A stretch of DNA of 64,000 nt, taken from NCBI RefSeq assembly GCF_018350175.1, contig NC_058369.1:23004001-23068000 (forward strand), in the 5' to 3' direction. Position numbers and translations under genes: made by a program. Below the pieces are notes generated by a model, which was not told the origin of the DNA, did no database searches, and saw only the letters and a list, made by a program, of their open reading frames with translations. Below are positions 1-12,390 of this stretch, in pieces; the first letter of the stretch is position 1; every line of letters begins with the position of its first letter. Source of the DNA: Felis catus (lineage: Eukaryota).

Positions 1-539
1 AGCTGGTAAATAGTACAACCAGAACTAGGACTCAGTCTCCTGAATTTCAGTTCAGTTTTTTTTTCTTCCGGAGTCCATGGGTTCTATATACCAATTGCTT
101 ATATACAGTGATTATAATGTGATTGCATTAAATATGACACATTTTGAATCTTAGAGCAACCACAGCTGAGGACAGAGAAAAGAAAATCTGAATTGATGAA
201 GACGCTTCAGAGCAGTCGGCCAGGCCCCTTCCTTCCCTTCCAGACACTGCCCTTGGAGTGCACGTGGGTAGGATTCCTCCTTAGCAAATTCCTCCAGGTT
301 TTGAGTAGTGAAAGCAGTGGCCATTAAATCCACGTGCACCAGGAGAGCTCTGTGAAGTGCCTGACTCTGTCTGGCAGGAGTACTCACAGGACATAGGTAA
401 ATCGTGTAGTGTAATGCCAGTGATTAAAAACGGGAGGCCGGGGACAGGAAATGAAGGGGATCATTGTAATCCAAGGGCAGGGCTTTGGAAGCATTGTCCC
501 AGCCAGAGTCATTGTGATGGTTGTGGTCATTAAGGTCCT

Positions 540-960
540 TTCCTTTCAGTTAAGCGGCCCAAATCCAGCTAGATCTGGTCAGGCAAAGAACCAAATTTAT
601 TGGCTCACTTACCTGAAAAAGCTAGGCGTGCCTGGTTCTAGGAACCCAAGCCACATGATTCTGCCTTGTTTCCTCCATTATGGGCTCTTTTCTCATTGGC
701 TTTACCTTTATTCAGGTGAGCTCTTCCTCCCCAGAGGCTTGATGGCTGCTGGCAACCCAGCCTTCTTCCCAGTAGTCTCAGTGGAGAGAGTTTTCTTCCC
801 CACATTTCAGTAGAGGCCCAGGGATTGGGTCATATGCCCATGCCTGATGGTGCCTCATGGAATTCAGGATGGAATTCACAAATTGGTCAGGCCTGATAAA
901 TGGGTTTACCCTTTGATCTGGAAAGGAGGAAGAGAGATGTTAACCTCACCCAAATGATAC
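540..960 (-). mobile_element. Ancient MaLR LTR-like fragment (MLT1J/K-like)
   Basis: aatttattggctcacttacctgaaaa...ttctcattggc...ttgggtcatatgcccatgcctga...ttggtcaggcctg. Confidence 0.45.
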
Positions 961-1122
961 GAGGCACTAGTGGAGAAGGAAAATCGGAAGAAGGGGAATG
1001 GATGTTGAACAGGCAAAAACCACCCATATCCAGTGGGTATAAGCCTTAGTTTCCTCTGACTCACTCTTCATCAGTCGCTTGGTGAGGAGAAAGGACCAGT
1101 CTTGCCCAAATGTCTCCAGATG

Positions 1123-1530
1123 AGTGCTGTCCAGTAGAACTTTATGCAGTGATGGAAATGTTCTTTGATCATCACTATCCAATGCAGTAGCCACTAGCCA
1201 CATGGGGCTGTTGAGCACTTGAAATGAGACTGGTGGGACTGAGCAATGGAGTTTTGTTTGTTTTTTTGTTTGTTTTTATGGGGGGGAGAGAGAGAGAGCA
1301 GGGGAGGGGCAGAAGGAGAGAAAGAATCTTAAGCAGGCTCCATGCTCAGTGAGGAGCCCCACCACAGGACTTGATCTTACAATGGTGAGATCATGACGTG
1401 AGCTAAAATCAAGAGTCAGACGCTTAACCGTCTGAGCCACCTAGGTACCCCAAGCAACTGAGTTTTTATTTTTAGGTAATTTGATTTAAATTTAATGTAG
1501 ATGGCTACCTATAGCTCTTGACTGCCATAG
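1123..1530. mobile_element. MER3-like hAT-Charlie DNA transposon fossil, split by a SINE
   Basis: gtgctgtccagtagaactt...gatggaaatgttct...gtagccactagccacatg...gagcacttgaaatg resembles the recalled MER3 consensus and resumes after the SINE. Confidence 0.75.
1256..1451 (-). mobile_element. CanSINE (tRNA-derived), older subfamily, inserted into MER3
   Basis: tRNA-like head, (CT)n tract and A-rich tail. Degenerate TSD agcaatggagtttt / agcaactgagtttt. Confidence 0.9.
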
Positions 1531-2689
1531 TAGCTCTTAGTGGAGCCATATCACTGGAGATAGTTCCCTGGAAGGCAAGGCCTCAGTTTTGTGTAGAATG
1601 ACAGGTGGGCCAAGGATTAAATGAAGATTGGAAGACCAGGATGATGAAGCAGATTTGGTCCAGGTATACAACAGGAGAAAACAGAGTCCAGACATGAGGG
1701 ACATGAGAGGGAAAGACACAAGAGAGAGTCCTTCATCTGTGATGTCGTTTGGAAACCCTTAACCTGGGGAAATATTTTTTCCATGTAATACAAGGACCAG
1801 ATTTGTACCAAAAAGAAAGAAAATCAGAATGGACCTTGTTATAAAGTTGGGTTGAGGGGAATTCCGTGACACGTTATTGCATTTTACTCCTAAGTGTCCG
1901 ACAATAAAAGCAACCATTGTCTGAAGCAATCTTCCTGCACATGACATTCAGTTGCACATGGATTAAAGAAAAATTAAACGGGGTTGCTATGTTATTAAAA
2001 AATAACAACAATGCTGCGTAAACTTGTGTGGCCGAGCACAATGAAATGCAGTTGACAGAAATGACATCAGATGAATAGAATGAACTTGTGAAGGCAAGGT
2101 CTAGCCACAGCAATGTGAACCCAGGGCAGGTTAAAGCCCAGCCTCTCTACAAGCTGCGTGATGGGCATGTGTCATGATCTCTGCGTCCTGTAGGGTGTGT
2201 GGGGACCACCCTGAGGTGATGCCTGCTGAGCCTAAGTCGTTCCTGGTGGACATTAGTCGCCTATGAGTCAGGTTTCCATAGGCGGCCATTCTTGGAGAAG
2301 GCAGACTGATCTGTTTTGATCCCTTCCTGCTCACCTATAGCCAGGGACACCTGGGCTTCCTCAGATTCAGTTAACTGTCTGGATTTGTACAGTCAGTGCT
2401 TGTGAAGGACATGCCATGTGCTTGGCATCCTGCTGGGCGTTGGGCATCCAGCAGGAAGAACAGAGAAGCACAAGTCTTGGTTCCTGGCCCTGTGGTTTGT
2501 CTGGGTCCATGGCCCTCAGCATTCCTCTCCCCCAACACCCAAGCCACTTGATGGTTACCTGTAGACTCACCTGTAGTGCAGGTGTAGAGATTAAGAGCTC
2601 ATGGCCAGTACCTGGCATATATACATATGTATATGTGTATATATATAAAAGTAGCAAATGTATAGCAGAGAGAAGGAGGCATTAGAATG

Positions 2690-2860
2690 GGTGAAGCAGA
2701 CCTGGGTAGAACCTGAGCCAGGCAGCTAGGAGGTGTGTGAATTTGGGTACAGTGCTGACCCTCACTCTTCCCATCTGCAAAGTGGGTTGATGGAAACTTA
2801 CAGGGTTGTTGTGAGGATGCAGTTACATGTTATTTGCTAAGGACCTATTATGAAGCAGGT
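2690..2860 (+). mobile_element. MIR
   Basis: cagacctgggt...catctgcaaagtggg...acagggttgttgtgaggat. Confidence 0.6.
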
Positions 2861-4018
2861 TTCCATGACTCCATGCTCTGGTGAGCATGAGAGTATGATT
2901 GCTGTGAGGAAAGGATGGACCTGGGAAGGGGTCTTATGGGTTATGTGAATATATCTAGGGTGAGCAGCCAACTTCAAATCCAGCCTTGATTTGTGTTAGG
3001 TCTGGGTGCCATTAAAGCTGAACCACCGTGAGGATCCCACCAAAACTTCCCAGTCCAGTTTTCCAGCAAATCTGCAGCCACGCCCATGACCAGTGGCCCC
3101 TGATGCTTCCTGTGGGGGCCTAGGGAGAATAGCATCTTAGACCATCAGCATGTCCTAAGATCTGTCTCTATGATCTATTCTTATTCTGTGATCAGTTTTT
3201 GGGTTCTCGGGCAGACACATCATGAGCTGGTGTCACTATCTGAATGCTGATGGAATTCTTGGGGCATTGAAGGGTCCCAGGGCATGGAAGAGAAAGAAAG
3301 CCATTCCTCAGCCAGGAAATCACCAGCAAACATTTTCCGTGAGCACACCCTTCCTGCCCCTCTCCCTCCCGGGTGACTCTTCCATCCAGTTTCTTTAGCA
3401 GACGAGGGTGTGGATGCCTTTGGGGAGAGCCCAATTCATTTCGGTAGAACAGAAGTGGTTTTGGAATAGGCCAACTGGAAAATAATGCCAGGCAGCTATG
3501 GCACTGTGGACATGGGCTTTGGGTCAGCGGACATGCCACAAGCTCACGTGGCCCTGAGCACGTGCCTGGACCTGCTCTTGCCTCTTTGTTGAGAAGCAGA
3601 AACATAATGGGCTCCAGGCTTGCTTCCTTCTGCCCCCTTTCCTCTCCAGCTGATGCTGGGTTTCTGTCGATCCAACATAGCCAGATAGGCCTTAGGGATG
3701 TTTCTGAAGAGGCTTGGTCCCTTTTTGTGAATTCCTTGAATCTCTTCTGATTTCTAGCCTGTGTCTCTCTTGCCGTAATCACAATTCTTACCCCATGACC
3801 CAGTCTTTATCCTTGCTCTTTAAAGATGGTTTGAGCACCTTTTGTGTATCAGATATGTGGTCGTCATGGGAGATAGAGTAGGCCACAAGACATGCCTGGT
3901 CTCAGAACATCATTGTCTCGAGTGGGGGCAGAATCTAACTAGGCAGTTACATACCTGGAGTGCTAAGTGAAAGGTATATCTGAGCATGGGGTGCAGCATG
4001 GGGTCCTAAGGAAGCATT

Positions 4019-4234
4019 CTCTTTTTACATTTTTTTGATGTTTATTTATTTTTTGAGAAAGAGTACAAGCGGGGGAGGTACAGAGAGAGAGGGAGACACA
4101 GAATCTGAAGCAGGCTCCAGGCTCTGTGTTGTTAGCGCAGAGCCTGGTGTGGGGCTCAAACCCACGAGCCATGAGATCATGACCTGAGCCGAAGTCAGAC
4201 GCTTAACCAACTGAGCCACCCAGCCCCCCCCCCA
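4019..4234 (-). mobile_element. CanSINE (SINEC_Fc-like)
   Basis: Canonical body. TSD CTAAGGAAGCATT at 4006-4018 and 4235-4247. Confidence 0.95.
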
Positions 4235-4724
4235 CTAAGGAAGCATTATAAGTCACTGTCAGAGATGGGGGGTCTAGGAAATTTTCCAAGGCAGGAAGGC
4301 GATGAGGTCTCCAAAGTCGATGGGACCAGGTGTGGCAGGGGAGCCAGGAAATGGATGGAGAGTGGATTCCCAGTGAGGAGAGCATGTACACAGTCTCAGC
4401 AGTGATCAGAAGTGGAAAAATTGAGGGTAGAAGAGGATAAAGTAAGTTTTGAGAGATGAAACTGGAAAGAAAGAAGGAATTTTAGATAAATTAAGTACTT
4501 TTCACCAGAATTAAATGAATTCTCTCCCTAGAATGTGCTCACAGCTAAAAATGCATATGGCAGGTAAATTTTATATTGAATAAGTTCTTATGTTTTGAAT
4601 TCTGAAGGGAAGAAGAACACACTATGGTCATTTGGGCCTGCGATGCACTGGTCCTGGTGTACACCCAAGGTTGGCATCACATAACCATATGGACGCTAAT
4701 GAATTTTCTACTTTGTCGTTTCAG

Positions 4725-4814
4725 CACTTCAGGGAGCATCTGGACAAGCTGTTTGCCAAAGGAATTGGAATGCTGGATATAGCTCTGAATGAGGCCTTCA
4801 ACATTCTCAGTGAT
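4725..4814 (+). CDS. CACNA2D3: Internal coding exon (90 bp, phase 0/0) of alpha2delta-3, VWA domain
   Basis: Translates HFREHLDKLFAKGIGMLDIALNEAFNILSD, recognised as alpha2delta-3 sequence. Acceptor tttcag| at 4724, branch-like gctaat near 4695-4700, donor |gtaagc at 4815. Confidence 0.95.
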
Positions 4815-5649
4815 GTAAGCTCCTCTTTGACTTGCCTTTCTTCTGTCCAGGAGAATAGATGGATTTTTTTTAAATTGTTCCATCGTGGACCAGCAAATAA
4901 TGCTAACAGTAGTTAGCTCCTGCTGTCATTGAGTGGCATCCATAGGTATCAGATGGGAGGGTGAGGCTGGCTATTCGGGTCCTCTGGGGACCCAGGTCCA
5001 GCCAGTGAGGCTGAGCGGAGTGTAAAATGCCCTCTGATCAGGGCACTCACCCGCCATGCTTGTTGGCTCTGGGACCACCAACACTTAAGTACCTTCCAGT
5101 GCGGATTTTGCCTCAGAAACTTCCAGTTTCTTCATAGAGTAGACTCATCCCTCATTGTGTTTCATACTGAATCCCTGCTTGTGGTGATGGTTAGCAGAAG
5201 AAAAACTTTCTCTGTGCAGTATGCTTAGGGAGTGCCGTACCCATCCCTGACTTTCTTCCAGCCCCTTGGAGATTCCTAATACACAGTCACATAATCAAAG
5301 TTCCAGTAGGTACTACAGGAAAGAATGCCACTGAACCAACTGTTTCCCACACTTCTTGGAACAAGAATCAGTTTTCCAGGTAGCACCTGTTAACATTCCA
5401 TGAAAAACTTTGGGGAGTGCTGGGCTGGGGGTTCTGCCCCTCCAATCCAATTGTGTTAAGCTAGAAGAACATGTGACTTTTGTGTTCTTATTACTCTGGG
5501 AGAGTAGTAGGAAAATAATGGCAATCTTTATCAATGCAGGTTCTGTATCATTTATGTAACTAGTATGTGTTGTGTATTTTTTAATATCAGACACTGGGAA
5601 TGCACCAGAGAACAGACTACACAAAGGGTTTGCCTTAATGGACTAGTGT

Positions 5650-5868
5650 AAAGGTTGGGTAATTATGGCCCGTGAGCCAAATCCAGCCTGCATCTTCTTT
5701 TGGTAAATATTGTTTCATTGGAATGCATTCATGCTCACCTGACTACGTACCTTCTATGGCTATTTTTGCATTACAGTGGCAGAGTTGATTAGCCATAGAG
5801 ACCATATGGTCTGTAAAACCTAAAATATTTACTGTGTGGACTTTGCAGAAGAAGTTTGCTGACCTCAG
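5650..5868. mobile_element. MER58-like DNA transposon fossil
   Basis: ggcccgtgagccaaatccagcctg...gcagagttga...agagaccatatggtctgtaaaacctaaaatatttact...aagtttgctgacc. Confidence 0.8.
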
Positions 5869-5929
5869 GTCTAATGGGAAAAGACAGATGAAGTGCCTAT
5901 GGAGAGCCCCATTGTGCCAGCGTAGTAAG

Positions 5930-6410
5930 GACTTGCTGCTTTATACAGTGAGGTCAGGAAAGATCTCTCTGATTAGGTGACCTTGGTTGGAGTAGAGACC
6001 TTAAGGAAGTGAGGGAACAGTCACTTCAGAAGTTGCCAGCAAGAGGACAGAGTACAAAAGACCTGAGGCAGTGATGCTTGGCATAGTTACCATGAGAGAC
6101 CAGTGTGAGGAGCAGAGCGGGGGAGAAAGAGAGTGCAAGGGAATGAGATCATGGAGGTAGCAGGGGCCAGACCCCATGGAGCCCTCCAGACTCTGGCGGG
6201 GGGAGGTGGACTTTTGGCTCTTGCTCTGTGTGGGATGGAAAGTCACTGGAGTCTGAGCAGAGAATGACATGACCTGCTTGAGTTTTAGCAGTATTTCTCT
6301 GGCTGCTGTATTGAAAAACAAAGACAATAGCTGGGAGCCATTAAGTTATCTGGGTGATGCATAACTGGTGGCTTGGACCAGGGAGGTAGGTTAAGATGTT
6401 AAGAAGCAGA
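5930..6410 (-). mobile_element. LINE-2 fragment
   Basis: gtcaggaaagatctctctga...gtacaaaagacctgaggcag...tgagcagagaatgacatga...tctctggctgctgt. Confidence 0.65.
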
Positions 6411-7674
6411 AAAAGAGCAATCACTCTAGGTGTTTCAAACAGCAGGGATTTACTTCAGGGAATTGGTTGCATAGGGGATGGAAAAGCTCAGAAACCAGAG
6501 AGTGAAACCATCCTCAGATGGGCAGCAGCAGGAAGCAGCTCCTCTCTAGGGTAGGGGGGAAAACAGGAGCAAGGGATGCCATTGGAGCCTCCTCCTAGTG
6601 GCCATCTAGATGGGAATGGGGCCACGGAGGGCTGCCTGGGAAAAGCTGGAGTCACAGGGGGAGGCCTGTCCTGTGGCAGCTGGTACCTTGGAAGAGGTGC
6701 AGCTGTTGCCGGAAAGCACCCAGGCCCCCAGATCAGAAGAAAGGGAGAGATGGCTTAGAAAAGCGTTAGCTTATCTTCTAGTGTTCTCCTTTGGATGAGC
6801 TTTGTCCAAACTCTTGGGGAGCTGGGAAAGAGTGGAATACAGGGAAAGTCACGGGGCGGAACTGAGGGCAAACAAGCCCTAAACGGAGCAGCAGTTACGT
6901 TAAGCTGTTGCAGGAGCTGGGAGACCAGCCAGGGGCCCAGAAGCCCCTCTGCACCTAGTCTTCAGGCTGCTCAGTGGGGCCCCGGGTGTGGGTTTGCACA
7001 GGATCACCCACCCAACATCACACGGCTCATCCTGGTGCTCAGTTGTGCCCAGCTCAAAAACTGGAATCTATCTCACTCAGCTACACTAGCCTTTCAAGCC
7101 CTAATTCTAGACTTTCTTTTACCAGTAATATCCACTGGCACACAGAAGGCCATTGAGATTTTGGTCCTGAGCTATGCTGGGACTGCAGAGGAGGGAGAGA
7201 TAAGGAGGGAAGGTGCCACATAATCGCCCTCGGCTCTTCCCTCCCACCTGGCTGCACGAGACTGCTGACTGCAGATAATTCACATTTGTGTAAGGCTCAG
7301 TGTTTGGGACAGCACAGCCCTCTTCACAGCTTACTATTAATTTGCGAACGTAGCTGGTCAGAGCAGGGGGCCAAGCTACATCTTTAAATTCTGATTTGAA
7401 CCCTGGATAGGCACCGTCTCAGGGCTTGGAGATGCCAAGCTCTGCATATTTGGCAGGCTCTTTCTAGAAAGTCATATTGAAAGGATTTGTCACAATTATA
7501 AAATTTGTTCTCTTTTTATCTCAAAAGCCTAGTGTCTAGAGCAGGGGGAGGCACTCCGAACTCGTGAATCCCTTGTTTGGAAATGTGTCCTGCCGTGAAT
7601 TTCTGTTTTCTGGCTCTTTGGCAGAAGTGGTGAAGGAGCAAGAGTTAGGGAATGCTTGTCATGTGAAGTTTGTG

Positions 7675-7830
7675 GCCTCTGGAGTCAGGCAGGTTGGGCT
7701 GAGAAGCCTGACTTGGTCAGAGCTTGCTGTGAAGCCTTGAGAAAACTCTGCTTTGCCTCACCTTTATTATCCTCATCTGTAAAATGGGGGTAGGAATAGA
7801 CCCATAACTTGTGAAGCCCAGTGCAAAATG
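7675..7830 (+). mobile_element. MIR
   Basis: ctctggagtcaggcag...cctcatctgtaaaatggggg. Confidence 0.6.
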
Positions 7831-7845
7831 AAAATACTCAGAAAA

Positions 7846-8056
7846 GGGGCATCTGGGTGGCTCAGTCAGTTAAGCATTGGACTTCGACTCAGGTCATGAT
7901 CTCACAGTTCGTGGGTTCAAGGCCCGCGTCTGGCTCTGTGCTGACAGCTCAGAGCCTGGAGCCTGCTTCAGGTTCTGTGTGTATCTCTCTCTCTGCCCCT
8001 CCCCCACTCACTCTCTGTCTTTCTCTCAAAAATAAATAAACATTTTTAAGAAATTA
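7846..8056 (+). mobile_element. CanSINE (SINEC_Fc-like)
   Basis: GGGGCATCTGGGTGGCTCAGTCAGTTAAG head. TSD AAAATACTCAGAAAA at 7831-7845 and 8057-8071. Confidence 0.95.
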
Positions 8057-9329
8057 AAAATACTCAGAAAAAATGAAAATGAAAATGTTCAGAAGCATTA
8101 AGAATCTTAAGAGAGTGACAGCAGAGGGTTGCCCCGAGTGCGGGCCCTGTGCACATGATATACCCATGAAGCTGGCCCTGGTGGACCAGGGTTGAGGATT
8201 CAGCACAATGAAGCAGTACCTGCCTCCCTTCCAGCAGGGCTGGGGTGGCTGGGAAGTGTCATGTCTATGACCATGGAGTCACTGGGCAGCCTCAACTCTT
8301 GCCAGGCTGCCTGTGGCTTCTAGAGGCAGCCGGAGCTCTTGATGCTTTGGTCTTACTTCCTGCCCACGTCCTTGGGAATGTCCACTTCCCTTTATCTTCC
8401 CTTCTTTCCTTTCTCTTGCCCTGGTAACTTCTCTCTCCCCACCCTGTCCACTTACCAGTTTTGTTCCCAAACACTTCCAAGCCAGTGTTTCCCACTGCAT
8501 GCCCAGCCGATGCTGGCCTGCCAGGATACTCTACCCCAGGTGTTGTCGAGGTGGGGAGATGCCATCCTCCTGTCCCAGAGACCCACAACACACCTGTGCA
8601 TATTCAAGGTCTTCAAAGTCCTCCAGGGAACAGACCTTTTAAAAATGTATTTATACCAGTTCTCAAACTTATTGACTCAAGAACTCTTTATATCATATCA
8701 GAACCTCAGGGTTAGAATCTTAGAGAAGTCACAGCTCACCAAGCACACCTTCAGGCATAATGTGTCTTATACTCCAGCAGGGTCTATTAACCTCCCAGCA
8801 CCTCTCAGGTCCAGAAAAATCACCAACACACGGTGGATTTCTTTCCTTCATTCACATAAGTATTTGTGAACCAGGGAAATCTTCCGCACATCTCTGTTCT
8901 GCCTTCACCTGTAAAAACCCTCTGGGGTCTGGCCAGTTAGAAAACCTAATGGGTCCAGGGTAAATTCTGGATAGCAAGAAATGGAAGGACCAGAAATGTT
9001 ACAAAATGTCCCTGATAAGAGATTGGTTGACGGTTGGCACCATATTTTGAGTGCACATTTATCTCAGAGAGAGAAACATTTCCATCCTGTCTCTAGCTGC
9101 TAGGCTTTTAAAGAGCCAAACATTTTGAAAAACACAGAGCTGGTTAATCTCCCATGAAAGTGAAGCTTTCCTTCTCTGTTTTCCACTTCATCAGTATGAC
9201 CTTTAAGTGATGTAATTCTCTCCTGTGCATGATGCCTGCCCTTGCAAGCCAATAGGAACAAAGAGTTATTTCTCAGTTACACAGACACACATTCTGTGTG
9301 TGTTTGTCTTTGTGTCCGTTTCTCTCCCT

Positions 9330-9341
9330 CACACATGCACG

Positions 9342-9396
<55 letters not shown>
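9330..9396. repeat. (CA)n microsatellite with a (CG)-rich leader
   Basis: cacacatgcacgcacgcgcgcgcacac... read directly. Confidence 0.95.
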
Positions 9397-9399
<3 letters not shown>

Positions 9400-11099
9400 A
9401 AATTGTGATTGTGACCGGGGCTCAGAGTGGTTCAGGGGTTACTAGATGAAGTTAATTCTGTTTTGCAATTACCTGCATTTCAGTGTCAGTATTTGCTCGG
9501 GTGACTTATAAAGGCTTGCAGTTGTTGCACAAAGGACTTTGAAAGGAGCATTCAAATAAACTTCTAAGACTCTTCCAGCTATTGATCTCTGCTGCATTCA
9601 TTAGTTTCTGTAAGAACACAGAGCCAGTTTGCTACAGTAGTTAGCATCTACCTTGTCATGTGACACCCGCAATTATCGTTTTTGGCGATGAATATGATCT
9701 TTGCAGTGATTACCTTTTAAAAATTTTTCTTAGCCAATTAAATAAAATTCGGTGACATTTCAAAGGCTGTTAATCACAACCAAATGCTCTAAATGTCAGG
9801 ATGCATTGAAATTTTCGCTGCTAACTGATGAATCACTGAGCTAATTGTAGTTCCTCATCAGGCCCTTGTCATTGTTATTATTATGGAAAACACTTTCATC
9901 ACTCCCGCTATTCAAAAAAAAAGTTCTAGACAAATATGCAGAGAAGAGATATTACTCATCAAAGCGTTTGAAGTTAATTGCATTCTTCAAAATTCTCCAA
10001 CTGCAGATTGCTGCAGAGAATACCAGGGGCTCAGCCAGAGAGGAAAGTGATGTTTTTAAATAAACAGCTCAGGGCAGCCCTGTCTTCCAGTCTGCATCAT
10101 TCAGATATCTTCATTTCCCACTCTTTTTTGCCTTTTGTTTGGGAGAGTTTTTTTCCAGGATGTTTTCGAATGAGTTGCATGAACAACAGGCCCAGGGTGA
10201 ACTCCAGCCCTCTTTGAACTGAAGCATAGATCATCTTTATTCAGTGGTCTGCTGCCGGCTTTATTCAGTGATTTGAAGACAATGTTGAATGCAGGCTCCC
10301 CAAAACATTTCCAGAACAACTTGTTGATAGGGCAAGACTGCAGAGATGTTTCTTCTTACTGCAGTAAGGAAGAAAATGCACTATGACCATAGAATGTTAG
10401 TAATGTGCCAAAGTGGAAGGGACAAAGTCATGTACTGGAGACTATGAAGTCTGGTTGAATGTGGGTCTTTCAGAGTAGAGGGGAAGGAAGAGGCTTGGTT
10501 AAGACTGGGTGAGAATCCTAATATTCTAGTTTAGACTTGGTGGATGCAGCAGAGAGAAGATTTTGAGGTTCGTGTTTTCCCCAAGAGTCTTAGGGTACAA
10601 ATTGTCCTGTGACAGTTTCTACTGAGGAGTTGATGGGCCTTTCAAGACGTTCCTGGAATAAGCAAATAAGTTATTTGCAATTTTTATCTTCCTGAGCAAG
10701 AGAGCTCTGGAATAGTTAGTTATATTGATAAAGACAGTAGAACCATAGCTATGTGTGATGGCTTTAGTTCCCAAGTATTAGTACCTACCTGAGAATTTCT
10801 ATGATATTCTATCATGGGCCATGTATGCTCATTAATTCAAGGGCATTCGTCTGGTCTGAGTTGCAGGAGTGGCTGCCAGGGCCAGGACTAAAGTGAACCT
10901 AAGGCACAAAATTTGAGGAGCACTCATTCACTCTCAGAGTGGAGGACCTGATGATTGTCATGTGGCCCTAGAATTCTGGAAGGAATGGAGGGAGGAAGAA
11001 GCAGGTGAAGGAGATGAGTGCTTATGGAGCCTTGCCATGTATCTCCATCTCCTCAAGGACCTTCATCTCTTTACTGGGAGGCCATAGAGTACGCTGAAT

Positions 11100-11300
11100 C
11101 TGGGAGTAGCTTCTGGAGCTGGAGTGCCTGGATTTATATCCTGGCCACTACAGAGGGTAGCTGTGTGACCTTGGGAAAGTTAACTCATCTCTCTGTGCCT
11201 CAATTTCCCTACCTGTAAAGTGGTGATAATGATAGTACCTACCTCAGAGGCTAGTCAAGATTAAGTAAGTTAATACTTGTTGCCTGCCATATAATGAACA
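11100..11300 (+). mobile_element. MIR
   Basis: MIR core agctgtgtgaccttgggaaagttaactcatctctctgtgcctcaatttccctacctgtaaagtgg. Confidence 0.8.
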
Positions 11301-11489
11301 TTTAACCTGCGTTGTAACAACGCATGGTAGTCTCATTTTATAAATGAAGAAAAGGATACTCTGACATGAGCACTTACTGCAGGCACATGGCTTGTGGTGC
11401 TGGGATGGAATTAAGTGCTTTTCACTATACTATGGCAGTCCATGTATGTTTTAGGTGGCTTTGCTCTATCCCAATATGGCCCCAAGAAA

Positions 11490-11860
11490 TTCTTTCTGTC
11501 CATCTTTCCTTCCTTCCTTCCTTTCTTCCTTCCTTCCTTCTCTTCCCTCCTTCCTTCCCTCCTTCCTCCCCTCCTTCCTCCCCTCCCATTTCCCTCGCTC
11601 CTTTCCTTCCTTTGATCCTTCCATCCATCCCTCTCCATCCATCCATCCTTCCCTCCATCCTTCTATCCATCCATCTATCCATCTCAAACCCTCCCTCCAT
11701 CTCTCCATCCATCCATCCATCCATCCATCCCTTCCTCCCTCCATCCATCCATCTATCCATCTATCCATTCATTCATCCCTCCCTACATCCATTCTTCTAT
11801 CCATCCATCATCCTTCTATCCATCCCTCCTTTCATTCATCTTTCTATCCATTTATTCATC
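11490..11860. repeat. Compound low-complexity tract, (TTCC)n grading into (TCCA)n
   Basis: Read directly. It produces the spurious P/S-rich and G/W-rich ORFs in the track. Confidence 0.95.
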
Positions 11861-11939
11861 CAGCTAGTTATAGTTTTCTCTAGTCACAACTTCAGTCTCC
11901 ACATGAGAATTCTAAGTGCACAGAGACTAGACATTAAAC

Positions 11940-12390
11940 ATTCAACTTGAGTGTTTTATTAGCTCTCTGGCTCACCAGGAACCAGCAGCAAATCTAAGAC
12001 CAGTCTCCATCCTTCCCCAGTGCCATGGTCAACAGATCAAACATGCCCACTCAGTGCCTTTGCACATGCTCTTTGCCCTCTTTGAGACGCCCCCCCCACA
12101 GGTACTCCCCCCTCCAGGTGCTACTCATACATCACCTTCTTGGTGAGGTCTTCCCTATTTTTTCTAAAGCTGCCCCCTCCCCATTTACTGTCCCCCCACT
12201 TAGCTTTCTTTTCTCTTTTTTTGTTTCTTAGCATTGCTGTTATCACACAACATACAACAAAATTTACTTTTTACTTTGTTTTTATATGTCTCCCCACATA
12301 GAATACAAACTACACAAGGGAGGGGATTTTTATATGTTTCAGCCCCAGCTTTGTGTGGGCACTAGTAAATAATTTAGAATTAATGAATAC
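11940..12390 (+). mobile_element. LINE-2 fragment
   Basis: cctttgcacatgctctt...tcaccttcttggtgaggtcttccct...tgtctccccacatagaatacaaact...gaattaatgaat. Confidence 0.55.

Noticed and set aside
3192..3782. 196-aa minus-strand ORF
   Set aside because: No recognisable domain, non-ATG start and no splice or promoter support. Consistent with chance.
4632..4916. Treating the 94-aa ORF here and the 92-aa ORF at 13515-13793 as standalone genes
   Set aside because: Only the splice-site-bounded cores match alpha2delta-3. The flanks are intronic read-through.
7821..8039. Recurrent MAQSVK...SLSQK peptide family (also at 12824, 15850, 39255, 59295, 61214)
   Set aside because: Translations of CanSINE bodies, not a gene family.
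11366..11950. Several overlapping 66-194 aa ORFs (Pro/Ser-rich, Gly/Trp-rich)
   Set aside because: Artefacts of the (TTCC)n/(TCCA)n tract, which lacks stop codons.
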